Assembly: GCA_028687935.1 (NCBI GenBank)
Contig: JAQTZE010000004.1
Span: 3,875 to 67,874, forward strand
Length of the DNA: 64,000 nt
Direction: 5' to 3'
Source: Sulfurimonas sp.
GTDB lineage: Bacteria > Campylobacterota > Campylobacteria > Campylobacterales > Sulfurimonadaceae
This document shows positions 31,508 to 40,415 of the stretch, one piece after another. Position 1 is the first letter of the stretch. Each line of letters opens with the position of its first letter. A model generated the notes under the pieces. It did no database searches and was not told where the DNA came from. It saw only the letters and a list, made by a program, of their open reading frames with translations. Both the position numbers and the translations under genes were made by a program.

Positions 31508-32111
31508 CTCGACCTCTTCACATATTCTTATCACTTCAGAGATAGAGAGTGAAGTAGAGCGTCTCAAACGCGAGCTGCATGGTTATCGGGTTGTGACATT
31601 TGTAGAAGATGAGTTTAAAATAGAACATGCAAAAGCTGTCGTGGCTGAAGCATATATCAGTGAATCTCAGACAAAATATATCATCCTCGCCTCAAAAAAT
31701 TTTAATGCAGTCTCTCAAAACTCTCTTTTAAAAGCACTAGAAGAACCTCCAAGAAATATAGAATTTATCATCATCTCTCCAACAAAATCAAATCTTCTGC
31801 CAACAGTGCGTTCGCGTTTACCTATCTTACATGGTCAAAAAGTACGAAGAGAGATATCTATCGAGATAAATCTTGCGAAGATGGATTATAAAGAGGTCTT
31901 TGCGTTTTTAAAAGAAAATGCAAGAGTGACGAAAAGTAGGGCGCAAGAACTTGTTGAAGAGCTTTATTATAGAGCAACAGTAGTCGATACTTTGATACTC
32001 TCACAAACGCAACTTGAAAATTTTGAGAAGGCTTATAGACTTTTAGAGCTTAACTCTCGTCCTACGAGTGTTCTCGCAATGCTTTTGATGAGTTTTGCAA
32101 GGGAGAAATAA
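31494..32111 (+). CDS. holB: DNA polymerase III subunit delta-prime (short form)
   Basis: Start taken at MLAHNS (31494). Contains LLKALEEPP and lies between hobA and folP, as HP1231 does. Confidence 0.65.
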   Translation: MLAHNSTSSHILITSEIESEVERLKRELHGYRVVTFVEDEFKIEHAKAVVAEAYISESQTKYIILASKNFNAVSQNSLLKALEEPPRNIEFIIISPTKSNLLPTVRSRLPILHGQKVRREISIEINLAKMDYKEVFAFLKENARVTKSRAQELVEELYYRATVVDTLILSQTQLENFEKAYRLLELNSRPTSVLAMLLMSFAREK

Positions 32112-33253
32112 TGCGTGTAGAACAGCTCTCTGCCTCAAGTGATATTAAAAAACTTCTCAATGCTTTGGGTGTGGATGGTGGTGGCGTCAATATCTTAGCT
32201 TCTAAAACGCAGAGTCATCTCATCTCTATCCAAGAGCTTCATGTAGGCGCTGCAAATATTCTCAAGCAAGATGCACTCTCTATCGGGGCTGATTTGGCCG
32301 TACCTCGCGGGACTGTTATCGCCAAAACGCAGTACGTGGATGTGCTTCTTATCGCGACACAAAAGCAGCTTGAGATACTCAGTAAAAAAGAGCTAGCGCA
32401 ACCTTTTGGACTCAAAGAAGTTGCGACAAAACTCAAAGAGATACTCAAAGCAACAAAACCTCAAAAAACGCAGATAATGGGAATCATAAACGCAAATGAT
32501 GACAGCTTTTTTGCGCAGAGCAGATTTCACGCCTCCGATGCAATTGGGGCAATAGAGAAGATGATAGAAAACGGTGCTGAGATTATAGATGTCGGTGCGG
32601 TCTCCTCACGTCCAAACGCAGCTCTTGTAAGCGTTGCAGAAGAACTTTTGCGTTTAGAGCCGATACTCGATGCTATCAAGAGTGAAAAACTTTACGAAAA
32701 AGCAAAGTTCAGTATTGATAGTTATGAGCCAAAAGCTATCTCTTATGCATTGGAGCGAGGATTTAGTATAGTTAATGATATTACGGGTCTAGTAAATGAG
32801 GCAGTATGTAAGCTGTGCGCTTCGTATGATGCAAGTGCCGTTATCATGCATATGCAAGGAACGCCACAAACGATGCAGAAAAATCCACACTATGAGAGTC
32901 TCTTGAGCGATGTTTATTCTTTTTTTGAGCAGAGGATAGAAAAAGCAGAATCTTTTGGTGTGAAGAATATCATTCTTGATGTCGGCATCGGTTTTGGTAA
33001 AACACTCGAAGATAATCTACGTCTAATCAAACACTTAGAACATTTTTTGACTTTAAATAGACCATTGCTTGTCGGTGCTTCAAGAAAATCGATGATAGAT
33101 GCTATCACTCCTGCTGCGGTCTCTCAAAGACTTGGCGGAACTTTAGCTTTGCACCTTGAAGCCAAAAAAAATGGAGCTGCAATTCTTCGTGTACATGACG
33201 TAGAAGAGCATGCCCAAGCGCTAAGAGTAGATGATGCTCTGAGAGGAGTCTAA
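32111..33253 (+). CDS. folP: Dihydropteroate synthase with an N-terminal extension
   Basis: 380 aa. Pterin-binding domain with MGIINANDDSFF, DVGAVSSRP and GASRKS. Confidence 0.92.
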   Translation: MRVEQLSASSDIKKLLNALGVDGGGVNILASKTQSHLISIQELHVGAANILKQDALSIGADLAVPRGTVIAKTQYVDVLLIATQKQLEILSKKELAQPFGLKEVATKLKEILKATKPQKTQIMGIINANDDSFFAQSRFHASDAIGAIEKMIENGAEIIDVGAVSSRPNAALVSVAEELLRLEPILDAIKSEKLYEKAKFSIDSYEPKAISYALERGFSIVNDITGLVNEAVCKLCASYDASAVIMHMQGTPQTMQKNPHYESLLSDVYSFFEQRIEKAESFGVKNIILDVGIGFGKTLEDNLRLIKHLEHFLTLNRPLLVGASRKSMIDAITPAAVSQRLGGTLALHLEAKKNGAAILRVHDVEEHAQALRVDDALRGV

Positions 33254-33254
33254 T

Positions 33255-34601
33255 ATGAAGTTTCCGATTATGGGAGATATTGCCACTGTTGCAGTGATAT
33301 CTTTAGATATTGACAATACGCTCTCAAGCGCCTTAGAACTCATGATAGAATATGAGCATCGACATATTGTTGTACTGGATGATAAAGAGTTTCGGCTTTT
33401 GAGTGTGATGGATATAATCAAAAAACAAGATGAGCAAATCTCACTTCAAAGCAGTCTGAAAGATATGGATTTGGTAAAAATCCCTGTGATAGAAAAGTAC
33501 AAAAATGTGCTGGATGCTTTGGAGTTGATCAATGATCGAAATGAGCATATCTGTGTTCTCAATCGGGATAAATCACTCTATGGCTTTGTTACACAAAGTG
33601 ATATTGTTGCAAATATAGATCCAGAAACGCTGATGGAAAGCTACAAGCTTCAAGATTTTTTGAAGCTCGGTAGAAAAGTGAAGATGGTCGATAAAGATGC
33701 TATCACTACAAATGTTCTCAAAGAGATGGTGAGTAACTCTATTGATAATGTTGTGGTTGTAGATAGACTTAAAGCAATAGGAATTCTCACTACAAAAGAT
33801 GTGATGCATCTGATTAAAGAACAAGTAAATATGTCGCTTCCGGTATCTACATATATGTCATCTCCTGTTGAGACGCTAACAAGTAGTTCATCAATAAAAA
33901 TAGCACTTGAACATATCAAAAGAAAACATTTTAACAGAGTCGTAGTTGTAGATGAAGATGGGAATTTTGAAGGAGTTGTAAGTCAAAAAGAGCTTATCAC
34001 TTTGACATATTCAAAGTGGGCATCGCTTATGAAAGCGCATCAAAATGAGCTGAGTGAAATGAACTTATTTCTTGAACATAAAAATAAAGAGTATGAAGTT
34101 ATGGCGACGACAGACTCTTTAACGGGGCTTTATAATAGACATAAATTTATAGAATTATATCGCTCCTCCTATAATACCATGATCCAAAGAGAAAATAAAC
34201 TCTCTTTAATTCTTTTGGATATTGACTATTTTAAAAAAGTGAATGATAGCTATGGACACAATATAGGAGATAATGTTCTTGTACATATTGCACAGATGCT
34301 CTTAAAAACACTTCGAAATATTGATATAGTTTGTAGATGGGGAGGTGAAGAGTTTATTCTACTCCTTCCAGCTACAGATTTAGCGCAGGCACTTAAAATC
34401 GCAGAGAACATCCGTATAAATATTCAAAATACAGTTATCGATAGAGTAGGGAGTGTTACGGTAAGTCTTGGCGTGAGCGAAGTGCTTGAAGGTGATACAA
34501 TGAATGATGTGGTACAAAGAGCAGATGAAGCTCTTTATTTGGCAAAAGATTCTGGGCGTAATTGTATAAAATCTGAGTTGGATATTGCACCAACTCTTTA
34601 G
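33255..34601 (+). CDS. CBS-domain diguanylate cyclase
   Basis: 448 aa. Two CBS pairs followed by a GGDEF domain (DSLTGLYNR, DIDYFKKVNDSYGH, RWGGEEF). Confidence 0.88.
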   Translation: MKFPIMGDIATVAVISLDIDNTLSSALELMIEYEHRHIVVLDDKEFRLLSVMDIIKKQDEQISLQSSLKDMDLVKIPVIEKYKNVLDALELINDRNEHICVLNRDKSLYGFVTQSDIVANIDPETLMESYKLQDFLKLGRKVKMVDKDAITTNVLKEMVSNSIDNVVVVDRLKAIGILTTKDVMHLIKEQVNMSLPVSTYMSSPVETLTSSSSIKIALEHIKRKHFNRVVVVDEDGNFEGVVSQKELITLTYSKWASLMKAHQNELSEMNLFLEHKNKEYEVMATTDSLTGLYNRHKFIELYRSSYNTMIQRENKLSLILLDIDYFKKVNDSYGHNIGDNVLVHIAQMLLKTLRNIDIVCRWGGEEFILLLPATDLAQALKIAENIRINIQNTVIDRVGSVTVSLGVSEVLEGDTMNDVVQRADEALYLAKDSGRNCIKSELDIAPTL

Positions 34602-34607
34602 GAAAGA

Positions 34608-36254
34608 TTAGATCATGATCCCTTTGATCATGAAGAAGAGTACAGCTGAGAGTATTGCAGCAGCTGGGACTGTAATAAGCCATGCAGCGATGATTTTTTT
34701 GATTGCATCTCTTTTGACATACTCAACTTTTTTTGTTTTCTTCATATGTTTTTTTGTAGATTTGATAAGATCTTCTTCATCTGCAATGAGTTTGTAAAGT
34801 TCTACAATTCTCTCATAATCTTCTTTCCCTTTACTCTCTTTTGCTTCAGCAGCTTTAAGTGCAGCGTTGTATGCATTGAGATTTTTCTTTTCATCTACGA
34901 TGGAGAGTTTGTCATCTGCGACAGTTGTGTCTGCATCACGTAGATCAAGCCACTCTCTTAAAAATCCAACACCAAAAACCCCACCAATAGCGATGTGCGT
35001 TGAGCTGACCGGAAGTCCAAGCCCAGAAGCTACAATAACAGTTAAAGAAGCTGCCATAGCGATAGAGAAGGCACGTATCTGATCAAGTTTTGTTATCTCA
35101 CTCCCAACTGTTTTGATAAGTTTTGGTCCATAGAGCGCGAGTCCCACGGCAATACCAAATCCACCCACAGCCATAACCCAAAAAGGTATAGAAGCTTTTG
35201 TAGAAACGCCACCGTTTACGATAGCGTCATTGATTGCGGCGAGTGGCCCAATTGCGTTTGCAACGTCGTTTGCACCGTGTGCAAAACTTAAAAGTGCAGC
35301 AGAGAAGATTAGAGGAATAGTGAACAGTCTGTTGACAGATTTTTTATTGTTCTCTAGAGTAGAACTATTTGCGTTGAGTTTATTTCTAACAAGGAAATAA
35401 ACAGCTATTGCAATGAATAAACCCATCATAGAAGCAGTCATTAAAGAGGGCTTTTTTTGCATTTCCATAGAAACTAAAGGAAGCATATTGACTATTTCTA
35501 GGATGTTTGGCCAGATTTGTTTCAGGCCTTTGAGTGTGATATAGGTCACAAATGCCCATGCCATAATTGCCACAAAGATAGGTACATATTTTTTTGCGGC
35601 TTTGACTTTATCTTCTTGAAATACAATACTTTTTTTGATGGCATACAAAAACGCAGCAGCAATGATACCGCCAAGAACTGGAGAAATTACCCATGAAGCG
35701 GCGATAGTTCCCATAGTGCCCCATGATACAACACTAAAACCAGCAGCGGCGATACCTGCACCCATAACACCACCCACTATAGAGTGTGTTGTAGAGACTG
35801 GAGCGCGCATCATTGTAGCGAAGTTGAGCCAAAGAGCTGCAGCAAGTAGAGCCGCCATCATTGCCCAGATAAAGTGGTCGGTTTGTCCATCAAAAGTAGA
35901 GATATCAATAATACCATTTTTGATAGTTTGAACAACCTCCCCACCCGCGATAATCGCACCACCTGCTTCAAATACAGCTGCGATAATAATCGCTGTAGTC
36001 ATAGTGAGTGCTCTTGATCCAACAGCAGGTCCTACATTGTTTGCAACATCGTTTGCACCGATGTTCATAGCCATATATGCACCAATAAGCGCAGCGACAG
36101 CTAAAAACATATTATTAGGAATTCCGCCATTGTTTAAAAAACTAAATGTTAAAACAGCGATCATAAAAAAGAGGGCAAAGCCAAGTCTGCTTAGGTCTGT
36201 ACTACTCTTTTTTATAGCAGTTTTTTCAAGTTTTTTCATAGTTTGTATCTCCAC
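34608..36254 (-). CDS. Inorganic phosphate transporter, PiT family
   Basis: 548 aa. The signature is duplicated: GANDVANNVGP and GANDVANAIGP. Confidence 0.9.
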   Translation of the reverse strand: MEIQTMKKLEKTAIKKSSTDLSRLGFALFFMIAVLTFSFLNNGGIPNNMFLAVAALIGAYMAMNIGANDVANNVGPAVGSRALTMTTAIIIAAVFEAGGAIIAGGEVVQTIKNGIIDISTFDGQTDHFIWAMMAALLAAALWLNFATMMRAPVSTTHSIVGGVMGAGIAAAGFSVVSWGTMGTIAASWVISPVLGGIIAAAFLYAIKKSIVFQEDKVKAAKKYVPIFVAIMAWAFVTYITLKGLKQIWPNILEIVNMLPLVSMEMQKKPSLMTASMMGLFIAIAVYFLVRNKLNANSSTLENNKKSVNRLFTIPLIFSAALLSFAHGANDVANAIGPLAAINDAIVNGGVSTKASIPFWVMAVGGFGIAVGLALYGPKLIKTVGSEITKLDQIRAFSIAMAASLTVIVASGLGLPVSSTHIAIGGVFGVGFLREWLDLRDADTTVADDKLSIVDEKKNLNAYNAALKAAEAKESKGKEDYERIVELYKLIADEEDLIKSTKKHMKKTKKVEYVKRDAIKKIIAAWLITVPAAAILSAVLFFMIKGIMI

Positions 36255-36322
36255 TCAAAACCCCTTTAAAAAAATTTGTAAATTATATCTTTTTAAATGT
36301 TATGGGAGTGTTAATGTTGGGA

Positions 36323-36787
36323 TTAAACTTTGTTGAGTTCGTATTTTGTATAGACGTCCATAGCTTCTTCTGAGTTAGAGTAGGCTAGAACTTCGCGGAT
36401 AAGTTTTGCAGCTTCTTTTCTGTCACCACCGGCTTCACCCATGGCATATATTTCAGCTAAAGTAACTTTAGCACTCGCTTCTCCCGCTTCACATGCAGGT
36501 TTGAGATAATACGCTGCTTTTACAAAGTCTTGAGGAACGCCCATTGCGTTTGCATAGGCAAAACCTGCACTTACTTGCGCTGGAACTATGCCAGCTTCAG
36601 CCGCAATAGAGTAGTAATGTGTGGATTGTTTAAAACTACGCTCACACCCTTGTCCATTGTAAAACATCACACCTAAAGCAAAAGCACATTTAGGATTTGT
36701 ATCATCTTGGATGAGGTGCTTATAGGCTTCGTTGTATTTTCCAGTTTCATAAAAATTCATACCTGCATTGTAGAAGTCTATCGCCAT
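36323..36787 (-). CDS. Sel1-like repeat protein
   Basis: 154 aa with SLR/TPR-like repeats (A..LG..Y..G.G....). Confidence 0.75.
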   Translation of the reverse strand: MAIDFYNAGMNFYETGKYNEAYKHLIQDDTNPKCAFALGVMFYNGQGCERSFKQSTHYYSIAAEAGIVPAQVSAGFAYANAMGVPQDFVKAAYYLKPACEAGEASAKVTLAEIYAMGEAGGDRKEAAKLIREVLAYSNSEEAMDVYTKYELNKV

Positions 36788-37335
36788 TATTTCTCTCCTT
36801 TGATGTATGCTTTTATGATCTCTTGTCGCGTTTGTGGTCTATCAGCTCCACTTCTACCTAATGTCGGAACATTATTAAGTTTTTGTATTGTTAGCATGGA
36901 TGCTGCAGTCGCTTGCCCAAAAATAGTGTGGTGCCCATTGAGCCATGGTGTTTTGTTTGTAGTGATGAAAAATTGGCTTCCATTGGTACCAGGACCTGCG
37001 TTTGCCATAGCTAAAACACCTACTTTATCAAATGTTTTATTTTTAAATTCATCTTTGAACTCTTTTTTCCAGATACTCTCTCCGCCTCTTCCGCTCTCAG
37101 TCGGATCTCCGCCTTGAATCATAAAATTTTGTATGATACGGTGAAACGCAATACCATTGTAGTAACCGTTTTTTACATGTGTTGTAAAGTTCTCTACAGC
37201 AAGAGGTGCAATATCAGGGTAAAGCTCAAGCTCTATATTACCTTGTGTTGTCTCTAAAACAACGATAGGATTGTTTTGTGCAAAGAGATTTATTGAAATA
37301 ACTAAAAATAAAGAGAGGAAGTATCGTAGTATCAT
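36787..37335 (-). CDS. Periplasmic cyclophilin-type peptidyl-prolyl isomerase
   Basis: 182 aa. Signal peptide and the motif [15 protein letters not shown]. Confidence 0.92.
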   Translation of the reverse strand: MILRYFLSLFLVISINLFAQNNPIVVLETTQGNIELELYPDIAPLAVENFTTHVKNGYYNGIAFHRIIQNFMIQGGDPTESGRGGESIWKKEFKDEFKNKTFDKVGVLAMANAGPGTNGSQFFITTNKTPWLNGHHTIFGQATAASMLTIQKLNNVPTLGRSGADRPQTRQEIIKAYIKGEK

Positions 37336-37722
37336 TTATTTCTCCTCAAAATCTAAACAGACTGAATTTATACAATAACGAAGTCCTGTAGGCTCTGGTC
37401 CATCAGGAAAAACATGTCCAAGATGCGCATCACAACTTGCACATCTTACCTCTACACGAATCATCCCTAAAGAAGCGTCTTTTATCTCTGTAACAGCGTC
37501 TTCTACGCTCTCAAAGTAACTTGGCCATCCCGTTCCCGAATCAAATTTAGTTTCTGATTCAAAGAGTGGTGCGCCACAACAGACACATTTGTAGATACCC
37601 TCATCTTTGTTATCGTAAAACTCTCCAGAGAAAGGTGCTTCTGTTCCGTGCTGTCTGCATACATAAAATGCTTCAGGAGTTAGTTGGCTCTTCCACTCTT
37701 GTTCGCTCTTTTCTACTCTCAT
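37336..37722 (-). CDS. msrB: Peptide-methionine (R)-S-oxide reductase
   Basis: 128 aa. Two CxxC Zn motifs and the catalytic RYCINS. Confidence 0.93.
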   Translation of the reverse strand: MRVEKSEQEWKSQLTPEAFYVCRQHGTEAPFSGEFYDNKDEGIYKCVCCGAPLFESETKFDSGTGWPSYFESVEDAVTEIKDASLGMIRVEVRCASCDAHLGHVFPDGPEPTGLRYCINSVCLDFEEK

Positions 37723-39208
37723 ATTCTTTCCTTAGATTTTCAATTATTTCACAATCTTCTTCATATAAAACATAGACAGAGTCACTAGCAAGATCAAACG
37801 CATAGCTGCGTTTGCTTGCACTCACTTCTGCAATATCCAGAAGAATAACAAATTTAGCATGGAGTGCATCTATATCTTCATAACTTGCTAATGTTAGATT
37901 GTTGAGATCAATGTCTATTAAATTTTTAGAACTATCTAATAAAACTGCTTTATCTCTTATAAAATATTTTAGGTCATCATTTAATTTTTCTTTGCTTAAG
38001 CTATTGCTTATGACGATGATATCACGGGCTGCGTTTTGCTCAAGAAGTTTGGAGATGATTTGGAGAGCTTTTGCATGTGGATTGGTTTCATAAAAGTAGG
38101 CTTTGTGATCTGTATGTCTAAAGTTTTCACTAAAGTTATAATTTTTATGAGGCTCTTTTGAAGTGACTAAAAGAAGCGCTGCGTTTTTTTGTATATGTTT
38201 AAGATAAGTAATAAAATCATCTTCATACAAATCAGCATTGTCACACAAAATGAGATCTGCAACATCAAAAGATTTTTTCAAAAGAGTCTCTTCGATATAA
38301 AGTGTGTTGACACGTTGCGTTTGACGAAGCTTAAGAAGATGTTTATTCACAAGTTCAATAGGCGTGATCACTTCAATCGAGGTAATATCAGCTTCTACAA
38401 TAGCATGTTCTACAATCTCTAGAAGCTTGCGTTTTAATATTTCACAGGCAAGGTTTGTTTTTTGGATGATAATGATTTTTTTGTTTTTATCTTTGAGTTT
38501 TTCTAGAATTGCTTTGAGTGCGAGAACATTTGTTTTTCCACTGCTACTCTTGGTGTCTAACACTGATACGCCATGAAGTTCTGCATCGATAAAGTTCATC
38601 TGTTCTTGTGTACATAAATGCAGTTTGTTTTGCTCTAGTATGCAATACTGCACAAGAATACTTCCGATAACTGTTGCAGCATTTGGTAGATTCTCTGACT
38701 CTGCAACACCTTCTTGAAGCTTTTGAACAATATCAAAAGTAGAAGAGTCTGCAAAAATAACTCTAGATTTGGGCATAAATTCTTGAAATGAAACATCTAA
38801 GTGCTCATATTCTTTAGCACTTAGATTTTCCATTAATAGATAGTTGTAGATTGGCAGTTCATCACTATGCGTCACTTCTTTGAGTCTTTGTCTGATGATC
38901 TTATGTGAGTTTTGAAATGCTAAAGAATCATCTGAAATCTCTTGATTGGTAGCTTTTTGCACTTTTATATTTTTTAATTCTTCATAACTCCATGCTTTAT
39001 GCTCAAAAAGATAGAGACCTCGTTTTGGATCAACCATAAGTAAGGGAATAAAAAAGTTTTTTGTATGATGATATACAGTGACGTTTTGATATAAAAAGAG
39101 TTGATTTTCTTGTGCGACTGATTTTAGTTTTTGTAGAAGGATGGACTCTGTAACATAAAGAGCCTTACTCTTTTTTTTAAATAGTGAAGTGAAGTAAGAC
39201 AAATTCAT
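37673..39208 (-). CDS. NERD-type nuclease / P-loop (SF1 helicase-like) fusion protein
   Basis: 511 aa. PD-(D/E)xK-like core LLMVD...YLFEHK, Walker A-like SSSGKT and Walker B-like LILCDNAD. The 3' end overlaps the msrB start by 50 nt. Confidence 0.55.
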   Translation of the reverse strand: MNLSYFTSLFKKKSKALYVTESILLQKLKSVAQENQLFLYQNVTVYHHTKNFFIPLLMVDPKRGLYLFEHKAWSYEELKNIKVQKATNQEISDDSLAFQNSHKIIRQRLKEVTHSDELPIYNYLLMENLSAKEYEHLDVSFQEFMPKSRVIFADSSTFDIVQKLQEGVAESENLPNAATVIGSILVQYCILEQNKLHLCTQEQMNFIDAELHGVSVLDTKSSSGKTNVLALKAILEKLKDKNKKIIIIQKTNLACEILKRKLLEIVEHAIVEADITSIEVITPIELVNKHLLKLRQTQRVNTLYIEETLLKKSFDVADLILCDNADLYEDDFITYLKHIQKNAALLLVTSKEPHKNYNFSENFRHTDHKAYFYETNPHAKALQIISKLLEQNAARDIIVISNSLSKEKLNDDLKYFIRDKAVLLDSSKNLIDIDLNNLTLASYEDIDALHAKFVILLDIAEVSASKRSYAFDLASDSVYVLYEEDCEIIENLRKEYESRKERTRVEEPTNS

Positions 39209-39217
39209 GTACGCAAT

Positions 39218-39249
39218 AAAATATTGCCACTAAGCAATGGCAATATTTT
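39218..39249 (-). terminator. Rho-independent terminator of hup
   Basis: Perfect 12-bp stem aaaatattgcca / tggcaatatttt with an 8-nt loop. The U-run lies within and after the stem on the minus strand. Confidence 0.7.
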
Positions 39250-39254
39250 GATAA

Positions 39255-39539
39255 TTATTTACCAGCTGCAACGCGGTCTTTAAGACCTTTACCAGCTTTA
39301 AATTTTGGAACCATTTTATCGTCAGTAGTATAAGTTTTATCAGTACCAGGAACTTTACCACTTTTTCCTTTTTGAAGACCAGCAGAAAAACTACCAAAAC
39401 CAACTAAAGAAACTTCTTCTTTTGTTACTAGAGCTGTTGTTACAGCTTCTGTGAATGCTTTAATTGCAGCTTCTGCTTCAACTTTAGTTTTGTAGTTACC
39501 GCTTGCTTGTACTAATTCAACGAATTGTGCTTTATTCAT
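39255..39539 (-). CDS. hup: DNA-binding protein HU
   Basis: 94 aa. MNKAQFVELV..., GFGSF and PKFKAGK. Confidence 0.92.
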   Translation of the reverse strand: MNKAQFVELVQASGNYKTKVEAEAAIKAFTEAVTTALVTKEEVSLVGFGSFSAGLQKGKSGKVPGTDKTYTTDDKMVPKFKAGKGLKDRVAAGK

Positions 39540-39633
39540 AAATTTACCCTTGGATTAAATATTTCCGAACTTTTTAGCAACTAACCCCTAAAAGCCTTAG
39601 TTTCAAATAATTCAGCTAAAGGTACTTTATAAT

Positions 39634-39888
39634 TTATTTGCTTAAATTTTTCTTCTTTTTACCTAAATATGCTAAATAATGTGATATTTTTGTCTGTTTC
39701 AAGCTCTTTTTAGCGTGCACAAGGAGTCTGAGCATGTTAAAGCTGCTGGTCTGGGAGAGAATCAATGCTGAAATTTCTTTCATTTTCTCATATCTTTTTT
39801 CATTTGTGTGTATAGATAAAAATACATCCTCAAGTCCATCTCTCTCATTTTTTGTCAGCGTGCTCATTGAGTGACTCCCTTTAGTCAT
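39634..39888 (-). CDS. Small basic hypothetical protein co-transcribed with the HTH gene
   Basis: 84 aa (or 77 aa from MSTLT at 39867). Overlaps the upstream HTH gene by 8 nt. I recognise no domain. Confidence 0.45.
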   Translation of the reverse strand: MTKGSHSMSTLTKNERDGLEDVFLSIHTNEKRYEKMKEISALILSQTSSFNMLRLLVHAKKSLKQTKISHYLAYLGKKKKNLSK

Positions 39889-40120
39889 TTAGTTTATTTA
39901 TTTTTCTCACTGCCCGAATAATCTCATCATCTTCAAGTTCCCCTAGCATTTTCATCACGACAACTGCAGCCTGTGGTTTCGCACGGCCGAGTTTCCAGTC
40001 CTGATATGTACGCATAGCAATCCCAAGGCTTAACGCCATCTCTTTTAGGGATATTTTTTTCCCATTATTACGGGCTTCTATGGCGTTATGAAGAATATTG
40101 AATAAATCATCGATTTGCAT
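39881..40120 (-). CDS. XRE-family helix-turn-helix protein (antitoxin-like)
   Basis: 79 aa. The pattern ISLKEMALSLGIAMRTYQDWKLGRAKPQ is typical of Cro/C1-type HTH proteins. Confidence 0.65.
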   Translation of the reverse strand: MQIDDLFNILHNAIEARNNGKKISLKEMALSLGIAMRTYQDWKLGRAKPQAAVVVMKMLGELEDDEIIRAVRKINKLND

Positions 40121-40199
40121 TTTAAAATTATACGAATAATATACTTAAATATACATTTTAATCAGTATATATAAGTATATATTGTATAAATTAAACTGT

Positions 40200-40233
40200 A
40201 AATACAATTTTTAATATTATTAAAATTGTATTT
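40200..40233. promoter_or_regulatory. 12-bp inverted repeat in the AT-rich region upstream of the HTH gene (candidate operator)
   Basis: aaatacaatttt (40200-40211) and aaaattgtattt (40222-40233) are perfect reverse complements separated by 10 nt. Confidence 0.35.
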
Positions 40234-40385
40234 GATAATTTAAATAATATATAATACACGATAAACCGTGTTAATATTTTATGGAAATGTTATTTTTTAG
40301 TTGATGAAAACTATGTCGAAATAGATTAAAAAGAAGTAATAAGACTTTGGTAATGAGAAAAAAGAGGAAAAAGTTTTAAGAGAAG

Positions 40386-40415
40386 AAGATAAGCGCTAAA
40401 GTAGCTGCTTATCTT
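40386..40415 (-). terminator. Hairpin overlapping the stop codon of the GH17 gene
   Basis: aagataagc / gcttatctt 9-bp stem, plus inner gct/agc pairing. Confidence 0.5.

Noticed and set aside
40121-40408. tRNA, rRNA or other canonical RNA genes in the largest intergenic gaps (19656-19988, 21864-22086, 23389-23601, 40121-40408)
   Set aside because: I could not recognise a cloverleaf, conserved T-loop or anticodon-stem pattern, or rRNA-like sequence in these gaps. This was not tested with tRNAscan or Infernal, which would be decisive.
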